Under the pieces are notes generated by a model. It searched no databases. It was given only the letters and a program-made list of their open reading frames with translations, and had not been told where the DNA came from. A stretch of DNA of 64,000 nt from Pseudomonadota bacterium (GTDB lineage Bacteria; Pseudomonadota; Gammaproteobacteria; QQUJ01): NCBI GenBank assembly GCA_008501635.1, contig QQUJ01000018.1:335286-399285 (forward strand). The letters are read 5' to 3'. Both the position numbers and the translations under genes were made by a program. This document shows, in pieces, positions 20,557 through 29,556 of this stretch. Numbering within the stretch: position 1 is the stretch's first letter; the number at the start of each line of letters is the position of its first letter.

Positions 20557-21270
20557 ATGTCGTACTACGTTCTGGTTCACGGAGCCGGGCACGGGGGATG
20601 GTGCTGCGCGCGGCGGGGCGCGAGGCATCCGCCGTCGCTTTGACCGGAGCGGGCGCATCTGATCAATGCCGATATTCGACTCGCGACGCACGTCCAGGAC
20701 GTGTTGAATCTGATTCGCAGCGAGGAGCCGGACGAAGTGGTGCTGGTCGCGCACAGCTACGCGAGAATGGTGATCACCGGCACGGCAGACACGCTGGAGC
20801 GGGAGTGTCCGGGGTTGATCCGGCACCTGATCTACGTGGATGCCGTGGTGCCCAAGCCGGGGGAGCGTTGGAGTAGCCGGCATCCTGCGGAGATCATCAA
20901 GGGTCGCATCGAGGCTGCCCGTCAAAGCGGTGGGGCAGCCATACCACCGCCGGATGCGCAGCTCTTTGGCTTGCAGGGTGCCGACCGGGAGTGGGTGAGC
21001 CGGCGCCAGACACCCCAGTCGGTCGGGGTCTGCCAGGATCCCTTGTCATTCGATATCCGGCGTATCGCGCAATTCCCTCGCACCTAGAACCTATCTCAGA
21101 ATCCCGCGCGAGCTGTGATTGATGTTATGCGTCGGCGCGTACGCGAGGAAGCGGGCTGGAACGTGGTGGAACTGAGAACTGGCCATGACCCGATGGTGAG
21201 CGAGCCCGAAGAGCTGACCGCGATATTGCTCGCCGTTGAGGTGTGCAGCGAAACCGTCGGTGTGCTGTGT
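20557..21270 (+). pseudogene. decayed alpha/beta-hydrolase (methylesterase/SABP2-like) gene with multiple frameshifts and an embedded solo MITE terminal inverted repeat
   Basis: The N-terminus MSYYVLVHGAGHGGWC (esterase VLVHGAxHGxWxW motif) is followed by a frameshift. A second frame carries EVVLVAHSYARMVIT (nucleophile elbow, Ser replaced by Tyr). A third frame after the repeat carries ...GWNVVELRTGHDPMVSEPEELTAILLAV (C-terminal catalytic His region). The coding potential is split over three frames. Confidence 0.55.
21087..21117 (+). mobile_element. solo terminal inverted repeat (footprint) of the IS630/Tc1-like MITE family, preceded by TA
   Basis: ta-GAACCTATCTCAGAATCCCGCGCGAGCTGTG is near-identical to both ends of the complete element at 60144-60411. 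It lies inside the hydrolase pseudogene. Confidence 0.6.
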
Positions 21271-21467
21271 CAGCGAGCCACCCGCGGTCGCGGCGGATCG
21301 CCGGCAACGCTGCAAGCTTTGAGGGTCAGAGATTGTTGTCGCATTGCCATTCCCGTGCAGGTGGAAGTTCGGGGTTCAAGGCGCGATGACAAGCGGATCG
21401 CCGCTTGCGTGGGGTGATGGTGAAAACCGAGTGTCGCAGATAAACCGCTGATCGTGCTGGAGGTCGC

Positions 21468-21983
21468 TCAGAACGGCTCCATGCCCGCCTTAATCGCGCT
21501 GATGATTCTCTGCTCCATCTGTTCGCCAAGTTCTTTGGCTTTCGCGCTGGGCTCGTGCTGGACAAGATAGCTCGGCCGGATGGTAATGACGGTAACCTTC
21601 CGCGGTGCTGCCCGCGTCGTATAGGCAACCAGTTTGAAGGGACAGAGAACCGCGAGATCGATATCGGTATTGATCGCGTCCAGGTTGAACAGGAGCGAGC
21701 AGAAGTGCACGGCCTGGACATGATCGAAGCCGATGGTGTTCCAGCGCATCTCCCCGAGCGCCTCCTTGTTGCGCTCCAGTGCTCCGGAGAGATTTTGCTC
21801 GCTGGTGATGGTGAACTGATGCGTTTCCAGCCCGAACTTGATGGCATCCAATACCTCGGCAAAATCGCCGGTGGTGTGGTGTTTCCACAAGGCTGGATTC
21901 CGCGTATCCGCTGCCGTACCCAGGCCGCTCATGAGACTTGCAATCAGGAGCGTCGGAATTGCTGCAAATATTGGTCGCCACAT
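21468..21983 (-). CDS. DUF302-domain secreted protein
   Basis: Start at MWRPIFAAIPTLLIASLMSGLGTAAD (signal peptide). The DUF302 core is TTGDFAEVLDAIKFGLETHQFTITSEQNL.... Confidence 0.65.
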   Translation of the reverse strand: MWRPIFAAIPTLLIASLMSGLGTAADTRNPALWKHHTTGDFAEVLDAIKFGLETHQFTITSEQNLSGALERNKEALGEMRWNTIGFDHVQAVHFCSLLFNLDAINTDIDLAVLCPFKLVAYTTRAAPRKVTVITIRPSYLVQHEPSAKAKELGEQMEQRIISAIKAGMEPF

Positions 21984-22138
21984 GGCCACCACCTCCTCTG
22001 TACCGAACGATGTGGATTTCTGCGCTAGCGGCTCCTCGATACCCGCCACTATGCTTGAGTATAGATTGGTTTTGCGGCAGGGAATGCTTTTTCAGGGTGC
22101 TCAGTGCGAGGTGTTGCGGACCGAGCCGGAACGCATGC

Positions 22139-23347
22139 TTAGTTCAGTATCTCGTAATCCCGTAACCCGATCAGATAGAGAATTCCGTCCAGCCCGAGCG
22201 TGGAGATGGCCTGCCGGGCGTTGGCTTTGACGATGGGTTTGGCGTGGAAGGCGATGCCGAGTCCGGCGGCTTCCAGCATCGGCAGATCGTTGGCGCCGTC
22301 ACCCACCGCAATCACCTGCTCGAGGTTGATGTGCTCCTTGACCGCGATCTCCTTGAGCAGTTCCGCTTTGCGCTGGCCGTCGATGATCTCACCGGCGACC
22401 CGGCCGGTTACCCTGCCGTCGGTGATTTCCAGCTCGTTGGCGTAGACGTAATCAATACCGAGTTTTTGCTGCAGGTGCTGGCCGAAGAAGGTGAAACCGC
22501 CCGAGACGATGGCGGTTTTGTAGCCCAGCGCCTTGAGATTGGCAAACAGCCGTTCGGTGCCTTCGGTGAGTTGCAGTCGCTGCGCGATCGTTTCCAGCAC
22601 GCTGGCGTCGAGACCTTTAAGCAGCGCCAGGCGTTGGCGAAAGCTCTCCTTGAAATCGATATCGCCACGCATGGCCGATTCGGTGATGGCCGCAACCTGT
22701 TCGCCGACACCGGCCTCCTTGGCGAGTTCATCGATAACCTCATGCTGGATGAGCGTCGAGTCCATGTCGAACACCACCAGCCGCCGATTGCGCCGAAAGA
22801 CGTTGTTGCGCTGGAAGGCGATATCGACACCTGATTCGTGAGAGATCTCCATGAACGCCGATTTCATGGTGTGTTCGTCGCGGGGTTCGCCGCGCACAAC
22901 CAGTTCAACGCAGCGGCGGTGTTGATCCAACGCCGGGTCGAGCGGCACGCGCCCCGACTGGCGATGGATTTCGTCGATGTTGAGCCCATGACCGCTGATC
23001 ACCTTGGCGACGCGTGCCATGTGATCGGGAGTGACTTCGCGACCGAACACAGTGATGACGTACAGTGATTTTCCGCGTCCGCCGACCCAGCGCAGATACT
23101 CGTCGTCGTCGACCGGCGTGAAGCGCGCGTTGAGCCCCGCCTTGTGCAGGTGGAACAGCACCTCTTTAAGCACCCCGTCTTCGCCCGGCCCGATCTTGAC
23201 CAGCATCGCCAGCGACAGGGTGTTGTGGACAACCGCCTGACCGATATCGAGGATTTCCACATCGAATTGGGCCAGTACCTCCATCAGCGAGGCGGTCAGA
23301 CCCGGGCTGTCGTCGCCGGAGATCTGGATCAAGACGATGTTGTTCAT
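22139..23347 (-). CDS. serB: phosphoserine phosphatase with N-terminal ACT-like domains
   Basis: From MNNIVLIQISGDDSPGLTASLMEVL (ACT). HAD motifs are LVVFDMDSTLIQHEVIDE and ...AVGDGANDLPML. The upstream in-frame extension of the track ORF was rejected. Confidence 0.85.
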   Translation of the reverse strand: MNNIVLIQISGDDSPGLTASLMEVLAQFDVEILDIGQAVVHNTLSLAMLVKIGPGEDGVLKEVLFHLHKAGLNARFTPVDDDEYLRWVGGRGKSLYVITVFGREVTPDHMARVAKVISGHGLNIDEIHRQSGRVPLDPALDQHRRCVELVVRGEPRDEHTMKSAFMEISHESGVDIAFQRNNVFRRNRRLVVFDMDSTLIQHEVIDELAKEAGVGEQVAAITESAMRGDIDFKESFRQRLALLKGLDASVLETIAQRLQLTEGTERLFANLKALGYKTAIVSGGFTFFGQHLQQKLGIDYVYANELEITDGRVTGRVAGEIIDGQRKAELLKEIAVKEHINLEQVIAVGDGANDLPMLEAAGLGIAFHAKPIVKANARQAISTLGLDGILYLIGLRDYEILN

Positions 23348-23541
23348 GCCATTCCTGGACGGTTCGCACTGGTTAGGGCGGGGATGATAGCAGCAAGGGC
23401 TTGGCGTTGAAACGCAGAGGATACCCAAGGATGGGGGGGTGTAACGCAAAAGTGCACAACCGCTCCTGCGGTTGGTTTGAACCGGAAACGTGGAGCGAAC
23501 AGGTTCTTTCAGATCTCAGTGACCACGCTAGACCAGACCCC

Positions 23542-23760
23542 GTGTGTGAACTTCTCGGCATGAGCACCAACATCCCCGCCGACATCTGTTTCAGTTTCTC
23601 CGGACTGATGAAACGCGGCGGGGAGACAGGCCCGCACCAGGACGATTGTGGTATTGCCTTCTACGAAGGGTCGTGCTGTCGCGCCTTTCATGACCCGAGC
23701 GCCAGCATACAACGGGAGATCGCGCGCTTGGCGCCCTACGTCGTTACCGCAACAGCGTTC
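23542..23760 (+). pseudogene. N-terminal fragment of a class-II glutamine amidotransferase (YafJ/EgtC-like)
   Basis: GTG-initiated [52 protein letters not shown] matches the N-terminal Cys-nucleophile region of YafJ-type GATases (MCELLGMS...DICFSF...GG.TGPH.DGWGI.FYEG..CR.F.DP). Similarity is lost after ~55 aa, and the frame then runs antisense through the DAHP synthase gene. Confidence 0.35.
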
Positions 23761-24018
23761 GGTCTAGGTTCGGGATTGCTGGAATCGTGCACCAGCCTCA
23801 CGGTGGTTCGCTATCTTGGGCAAGGATCTGTGGCGTTTACCTGGGAGCGGACCGACTCGGCAGTAGACGGCAGCCATTCGCACTCGCTCGCGGTCGCCTG
23901 GTCACAAGCGCTCGACGAAGCCTGGGCGCTGACGGCACGAGCCGGACAGCTCGACGCCGCAGGGGGTGACGGTACGCCTTTCGGCAGCGTCGCGCGCGGC
24001 TACGCCTGGTGGCGCCGC

Positions 24019-25059
24019 TCAAGCGGCGGTGTGGAACGATTTGGCCGAGGTTGCCAACGCCGCGCGCAATGCATTGATCTCGCGCATCAATTCGTTGAAG
24101 TAACCGGGGGTCAGCGCCTGCGGACCATCGCACAACGCCTTGGCGGGTTCCGGGTGTACTTCCACCATGATGCCCGCCGCACCGATCACCAACGCCGCCT
24201 TGGTCACCGGGCCGATGATTTCGCGCCGACCTGTGGCGTGGCTGGGGTCGACGATAACCGGCAGGTGGGTGATTTGGCGGAGATAGGGCACGATGCCGAG
24301 ATCGAGCGTGTTGCGCAGCGCGGTTTCAAAGGTGCGGATACCGCGTTCGCATAGCACGACTTGATCGTTCCCTTCGCTGACGATGTACTCGGCAGCGGCC
24401 AGAAATTCTTCGATTGTTGCGCTCAGTCCGCGTTTGAGCATGACCGGTTTTTTGAGCTGGCCGATCTCTTTCAGAAGATCGAAGTTCTGCATGTTACGGG
24501 CGCCGATCTGCAGAAAGTCCGCGGATTCCGCCACGCGCTCCAACTGGTCGATACGCATCACTTCGGTTACGAAAGGCAGACCGGTTTCAGCGCGCGCTTC
24601 CTCCAGGAGCTGCAGTCCGTCGTAACCCATGCCCTGGAAGGTGTGGGGACCGGTGCGCGGCTTGAAGACACCACCGCGCAGCACCCGCGCGCCGGCGGCC
24701 TTGACGGCGCGGGCGGCGTTCAGCAGCTGATCGCGGTTTTCCACCGCACACGGACCGGCGATCATCACCGGTTCTTCAGACCAGCCGAAACGTACGTCGT
24801 TGCCTACGCCGACGACGGTATCCTGGGGATGAAAGTCGCGACTCACCAGTTTGTAGGGCTTCGAGACGTGGATCAGTTCAAGAATCCCCGGCAAGCCGCG
24901 AAACGGTTCCTCGTCGACATACCCATGATTGCCCAGTACACCGATGGCGACACGGTTCTCTCCGGGTATGGGTTGCGGGGTATACCCCAACTCACGGATT
25001 CTGTCGGTAACGGCAGCAATCTGATCCGGAGTGGCGGCATGGTCCATAACGATGAGCAT
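24019..25059 (-). CDS. 3-deoxy-7-phosphoheptulonate (DAHP) synthase, type I-beta with N-terminal ferredoxin-like regulatory domain
   Basis: From [26 protein letters not shown] (regulatory domain). The catalytic motifs are [28 protein letters not shown] and [12 protein letters not shown]. Confidence 0.8.
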   Translation of the reverse strand: MLIVMDHAATPDQIAAVTDRIRELGYTPQPIPGENRVAIGVLGNHGYVDEEPFRGLPGILELIHVSKPYKLVSRDFHPQDTVVGVGNDVRFGWSEEPVMIAGPCAVENRDQLLNAARAVKAAGARVLRGGVFKPRTGPHTFQGMGYDGLQLLEEARAETGLPFVTEVMRIDQLERVAESADFLQIGARNMQNFDLLKEIGQLKKPVMLKRGLSATIEEFLAAAEYIVSEGNDQVVLCERGIRTFETALRNTLDLGIVPYLRQITHLPVIVDPSHATGRREIIGPVTKAALVIGAAGIMVEVHPEPAKALCDGPQALTPGYFNELMREINALRAALATSAKSFHTAA

Positions 25060-25162
25060 TGCGGGGTCCTGCGGCTTCAAAGGAGGGGCAATAATACAGG
25101 ATCTCATTTCGACGTGCCTGTCGATGCGCTCTACAATGCAGGCTCTGAATCAGGGAGTCACT

Positions 25163-25600
25163 ATGCCGCGACCCGAAACACCGCAGCTTGCCGCGGATGC
25201 CATCATCGAACTCATTGACCAGCCGGGAAGACCCATTGTTTTGATCCGACGGCGTAACGCTCCGTTGGGTTGGGCATTACCCGGCGGCTTCGTTGATGTG
25301 GGTGAGAGCGTCGAACGGGCGGCAACGCGCGAAGCATTGGAAGAGACCGGGTTGGCGGCGCAGCTGGTGGTGTTGCTGGGTCTGTATTCGGAACCTGCGC
25401 GCGATGTCCGTGGGCATACGGCAAGCGCGGTTTATGTGGCGCAGGCACAGGGTAAGCCGTCGGCAGGGGATGATGCGGCAGATGTTGGCGTCTTTGCGCT
25501 CGATGCACTACCTGAACCGTTGGCGTTCGATCACGCGCGTATTCTGGATGACTATCGTGTCTATCGCGAACAAGGGCGGCTGCCCGGGCCGCGCACGTGA
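25163..25600 (+). CDS. NUDIX hydrolase
   Basis: ATG 25163 with a gggag RBS. The Nudix box is GGFVDVGESVERAATREALEETGL. Confidence 0.8.
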   Translation: MPRPETPQLAADAIIELIDQPGRPIVLIRRRNAPLGWALPGGFVDVGESVERAATREALEETGLAAQLVVLLGLYSEPARDVRGHTASAVYVAQAQGKPSAGDDAADVGVFALDALPEPLAFDHARILDDYRVYREQGRLPGPRT

Positions 25601-25663
25601 TACTCTCACCCTGGCGGGTAAAGTAAATCCCGCCTTTCATACCTCGCACGTTACGAGAGCGCT

Positions 25664-26008
25664 ATGGCAAAGAAACGCAGTGTCTTCAAGGTGGTTTTTT
25701 TTAACCAAGGCAAGGTGTATGAGCTCTACGCCAAGGGGGTTTCCCAGTCCAGCATGTACGGCTTCGTGGAAGTCGATGGACTGATCTTTGGGGAGCGTTC
25801 GGCGATGCTGGTGGATCCGGCGGAGGAGCGTTTAAAAAGCGAATTTGAAGGCGTGAACCGCACCTACATTCCCATGCATGCCGTGGTGCGTATCGACGAG
25901 GTTGAGAAGGAAGGTGTGGCCAAGATCACCGAGGTAAAGGAGATCAAGGGCGGCAGCGTAACGGCCTTACCTCTCTCGGCGTACAGACCCGGGGATGACT
26001 CCACTTAA
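25664..26008 (+). CDS. conserved small protein (DUF1820-like)
   Basis: 114 aa, MAKKRSVFKVVFFNQGKVYELYAKGVSQSSMYGFVEVDGLIF.... Remembered as a gammaproteobacterial DUF1820-type family. The family assignment is from memory only. Confidence 0.5.
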   Translation: MAKKRSVFKVVFFNQGKVYELYAKGVSQSSMYGFVEVDGLIFGERSAMLVDPAEERLKSEFEGVNRTYIPMHAVVRIDEVEKEGVAKITEVKEIKGGSVTALPLSAYRPGDDST

Positions 26009-26015
26009 GAACTTG

Positions 26016-26456
26016 TCAGTACTCTTCGCCCAACTCTTCGATGCGATCGACCAGGTGGACCACCAGCTTGAGGAAATCCGCCTCGGTAAGAATACCGATC
26101 AGATAATCGCCGGTAACCACCGGTAGGCAGCCAATCTTTCTTTCCAGCATCAGTCCCGCGGCTTCGCGCAGACTGGTCTTGGCGTCGACGGTGAGCGCGT
26201 TGCGGCTCATCACTTCACGCAACGTGATGTTGGTATCCAGGGCTTCGCGTTCCTCGGCGTCCATGTCGGCCAGAGAAGAGACGGTCAGCGCCAGGACATC
26301 ACGCTGCGTCAGAATGCCCAGAAAGCGATTGTCCGCGTCGACGATGGGAATATGGCGAATGCGATGCTCAGCCATGGCGAGTCTGGCGGTACGCAGGGTA
26401 TCGTTCTCGCTCAAGGTGTAGAGATTGGTCGTCATCAGATCGTTGACGTTAATCAC
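26016..26456 (-). CDS. CBS-domain pair protein
   Basis: GTG start with a ggagg RBS (MINVNDLMTTNLYTL...). Two CBS motifs are present (HRIRHIPIVDADNRFLGILTQRDV and RKIGCLPVVTGDYLIGILTEADF). Confidence 0.75.
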   Translation of the reverse strand: MINVNDLMTTNLYTLSENDTLRTARLAMAEHRIRHIPIVDADNRFLGILTQRDVLALTVSSLADMDAEEREALDTNITLREVMSRNALTVDAKTSLREAAGLMLERKIGCLPVVTGDYLIGILTEADFLKLVVHLVDRIEELGEEY

Positions 26457-26553
26457 GGCGCTCTTCCTCCCGTCTGCCGGCGCATTGCGGCGGCCATTAT
26501 ACGCGCATACGCCGAGATTCCGCTTCCTTGTGTATTGCGAATCGTTTCGGCAA

Positions 26554-27063
26554 CTACTCGGGGGAGATACGCTGTTGGCCGCTGCGTTGCGAGACGGCGA
26601 GGCGTTGCTGGTGGACCTTGCTGGCGTTGAGGGTGGCGCGCGCCTGCACAGCGCTTTCAAACGCGTGTCCACCGGCAACTACCAAATGTCGAGGCAGATA
26701 GCCCGAGTGCGCCAATTGGGTGCGGATCTGCGCTTGACTGCTGAGGCGTGAATCGACTTCCGTTTGCCAGGGTTTGGCGAGTCGCAGCTCGGGCAGCGCG
26801 GTGTAGAGCGCCGCTTGCCGCCCTGCCGGTTGTAAGGCCGTGTGCGTGTCGCGAGCGGCGTGGCGGTCACGCGGGGCATCTTCCTGGGCTTTGCGGCGTT
26901 CCTCTGCCCAGCGCGACTCCTGTTCGGTGCCGCGATCCTGGATCACACTGGGAACCTGACGTGGCGGCGCGATCTCGAAAACGCTGTTTACGCCGCGTTC
27001 GCCACTGAAATAGGGCGGCGTCTTCAGGTAGCTGTTGAGGGCGTTGTTGTCGCTGACAATCAT
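26554..27063 (-). CDS. hypothetical protein (weakly supported ORF)
   Basis: 169-aa ATG ORF (MIVSDNNALNSYLKTPPYFSGERGVNSVFEIAPPRQVP...) with no recognisable RBS or family. It could be a high-GC artefact. Confidence 0.25.
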   Translation of the reverse strand: MIVSDNNALNSYLKTPPYFSGERGVNSVFEIAPPRQVPSVIQDRGTEQESRWAEERRKAQEDAPRDRHAARDTHTALQPAGRQAALYTALPELRLAKPWQTEVDSRLSSQAQIRTQLAHSGYLPRHLVVAGGHAFESAVQARATLNASKVHQQRLAVSQRSGQQRISPE

Positions 27064-27206
27064 GAGGTCTGGATCATCCGCCGTTTGGCGTGCTTATGGC
27101 CGATGGAGCTCTCCTCTGGGCTGTAGACCGAAGCGTGATTACCAATGCAGCCGGTGCTAGTCGCGCGAATCGCCTGGGGCTCGTTGCCAATGGCACGGCG
27201 GCGGTG

Positions 27207-27440
27207 TCAGGAATCAAGAAGGCTCGAAAGTGCCTCGTCGGTACGGCGTATCACCGACACAGAGGCTTCGACTTGGGTGCGATTGGCGCTTAATTGCACC
27301 AGTGCCTTGAGGACATCCCCATCGAGGACGCTGGTATCCTGAGTATTGGCATGGGCGATGGTGTGGGCGTTACGATTCAGCCCCTCAAATCCGCGCTGAA
27401 TACCCTGGATAGCACTATCGTAGATCGGATTGATCGCCAT
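27207..27440 (-). CDS. small hypothetical protein with a flagellar-rod-like N-terminal motif
   Basis: 77 aa, ATG with an upstream ggag: MAINPIYDSAIQGIQRGFEGLNRNAHTIAHANTQDTS.... The segment SAIQG..RGFEGLNRNAHTIAHANT is reminiscent of the rod/hook N-terminal consensus SALxA...L.V.ANNIANANTPGY. There are no other flagellar genes nearby. Confidence 0.3.
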   Translation of the reverse strand: MAINPIYDSAIQGIQRGFEGLNRNAHTIAHANTQDTSVLDGDVLKALVQLSANRTQVEASVSVIRRTDEALSSLLDS

Positions 27441-27570
27441 GGTTGGCAGCTCCGCAATGGCATCGTCAATGGGCGCCAGTATACCACCCGGGCCAGGTCA
27501 TCCCTATCAACAACGCCCTGCCGGCGGGCTCGTGCCGACCAACGGCAGAGCCCGGCCGATGAATAGACCC

Positions 27571-28845
27571 CTAACCGGCGGCTTTTAACGCCTGATCGAT
27601 GTCTGCCAACAGATCATCGATGTGCTCGATGCCGATCGAGAGACGCACCATGTCCTCGGTAACCCCCGCTTTGACCAACTCGTCGGGAGACAGTTGGCGG
27701 TGAGTGGTGCTGGCCGGGTGGCAGGCAAGTGATTTGCAGTCGCCGATATTGACCAGGCGGGTGATCAACTGCAGGGCATCCTGAAAACGTGCCCCGCCCT
27801 CGCGCCCGCCCTTGACGCCGAAGGTGAGGATGCCGGAAGCGCGTCCCCCCATATATTTCTGCACGAGTGCGTGATCTTTGTGATCGGGCAGCCCGGCGTA
27901 GTTGACCCAGGAAACCTGCGGGTGCTGGCGCAGGAATTCAGCCACCCGCAGCGTGTTGTCGCAGATGCGATCCATGCGCAGCGGTACGGTCTCGATCCCC
28001 TGCAGCAACAGGAAGGCGTTGAAGGGGCTGATCGCCGCACCCATGTTGCGCAGCGGCACCACGCGTGCGCGTCCGATGAATGCTGCCGGGCCCAATGCTT
28101 CCGTGTAGACCACTCCATGGTAGGAGACATCCGGTTCGCTGAGACGGGGGAAACGCGCCTTGTGCTCGGCCCAGGGAAATTTGCCCGAGTCGACAATGGC
28201 ACCCCCGATGGAGTTGCCATGTCCGCCCATGTACTTGGTGAGCGAATGGACCACGATGTCGGCGCCGTGCTCGAAGGGGCGGCACAGGTAGGGGGTGCAG
28301 ACGGTATTGTCCACCACCAATGGGACACCATGGCGATGCGCGATCTCGGCCAGGTGCTCGAAATCGGTGATGTTGCCCAGGGGATTGCCGACCGATTCGC
28401 AGTAGATCGCCTTGGTGCGATCGTCGATCAGTCCCTCGAAACTTTCCGGTTGGCGGTAGTCGGCAAAGCGTACCTGGATGCCCAGCTGCGGCAGGGTATG
28501 AGCAAACAGATTGTAGGTGCCGCCGTAAAGAGTGGCCGCCGAGACGATGTTGTCTCCGGCTTCGGCGATGGTTTGGATGGTGTAGGTGATTGCCGCCTGA
28601 CCGGAAGCCAGTGCCAGACCCCCGATACCGCCCTCCATTTCGGCAACGCGCTTCTCCAGTACATCCTGTGTGGGATTCATGATGCGGGTGTAGATGTTGC
28701 CCTGCACCTTGAGGTCGAACAGGTCGGCGCCGTGCTGGGTGTTGTCGAAGGCGTAGGAGGTGGTCTGGTATATGGGCACCGCGACTGCCTTGGTGGTGGG
28801 GTCGGGGCTAAAACCGCCATGCACGGCGATAGTTTCAATTTTCAT
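27571..28845 (-). CDS. metY: O-acetylhomoserine sulfhydrylase (PLP-dependent)
   Basis: 424 aa. MKIETIAVHGG...IYQTTSYAF...SLTKYMGGHGNSIGG (PLP lysine region) is typical MetY/MetZ. Confidence 0.9.
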   Translation of the reverse strand: MKIETIAVHGGFSPDPTTKAVAVPIYQTTSYAFDNTQHGADLFDLKVQGNIYTRIMNPTQDVLEKRVAEMEGGIGGLALASGQAAITYTIQTIAEAGDNIVSAATLYGGTYNLFAHTLPQLGIQVRFADYRQPESFEGLIDDRTKAIYCESVGNPLGNITDFEHLAEIAHRHGVPLVVDNTVCTPYLCRPFEHGADIVVHSLTKYMGGHGNSIGGAIVDSGKFPWAEHKARFPRLSEPDVSYHGVVYTEALGPAAFIGRARVVPLRNMGAAISPFNAFLLLQGIETVPLRMDRICDNTLRVAEFLRQHPQVSWVNYAGLPDHKDHALVQKYMGGRASGILTFGVKGGREGGARFQDALQLITRLVNIGDCKSLACHPASTTHRQLSPDELVKAGVTEDMVRLSIGIEHIDDLLADIDQALKAAG

Positions 28846-29076
28846 GCAAACTCCTTGAATTAAAACAGATTATTTGAGATTGTTGGGTACTGTGGGGCCC
28901 CGACTCATCCGCCGGCTAGCATACCGGCCTGGCACCCTCATGCAAAGATCACCGGGCCGCTGCGCCCGGCGGCGTCTGCTGAGGCCAGTTAGCACTTCAT
29001 ATTTTGTCGGATCCGAGGTTATTATTTCAGGTCCACGGTTCGTCCTTGCGATGTGCCGTCCAGCAGAGGGGGTGTT

Positions 29077-29556
29077 ATGGGAGCCACGCAGTCGATCACG
29101 GCCGACGTTACTCTGGATATGACGGGTTCGGTGTGCCCGGGGCCATTGTCTGCCGCCAAGAAAATGGTCGAAGAGTTGGACAACGGTTCGATAATGCTGT
29201 TGATCTCGGATTGCCCGGGTACCGGAGATGATCTGCTTGCCTGGGCGCGGCACACCAGCAACCTGCTGTTGAGTACCGATGCCTTGGGTGACGGTCGCAA
29301 GGGTTACCTGATTCAAAAAGGTGACCTCTGGCCCGCCAATGTGGTGCTCGATATGCGCGGCACTCGCTGCCCGGGGCCGATCATCGAGGCACGCCGCCTG
29401 TTGGACGGGCTGCAGGACGGGGAAGTGCTGAAACTGATAAGTAACTGCAAGGGAACTCCAAGTGACGTCGAGAGCTGGACACGCAAGACCAGCCACGAGT
29501 TACTGGGCCAGGTTGAGGATGCCAACGGAACCTATCAATTCTTTATCCGCAAATGA
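29077..29556 (+). CDS. tandem TusA-like sulfur-carrier protein (two CPxP TusA domains)
   Basis: ATG 29077 with an agagggggtg RBS. The first domain is TLDMTGSVCPGPLSAAKKMVEEL and the second is VLDMRGTRCPGPIIEARRLLDGL. Both carry the TusA LDxxGxxCPxP motif. Confidence 0.8.
   Translation: MGATQSITADVTLDMTGSVCPGPLSAAKKMVEELDNGSIMLLISDCPGTGDDLLAWARHTSNLLLSTDALGDGRKGYLIQKGDLWPANVVLDMRGTRCPGPIIEARRLLDGLQDGEVLKLISNCKGTPSDVESWTRKTSHELLGQVEDANGTYQFFIRK

Noticed and set aside
23401-24354. 317-aa ORF as a full-length gene
   Set aside because: Only residues ~48-105 resemble a GATase. The rest overlaps the DAHP synthase gene on the other strand.
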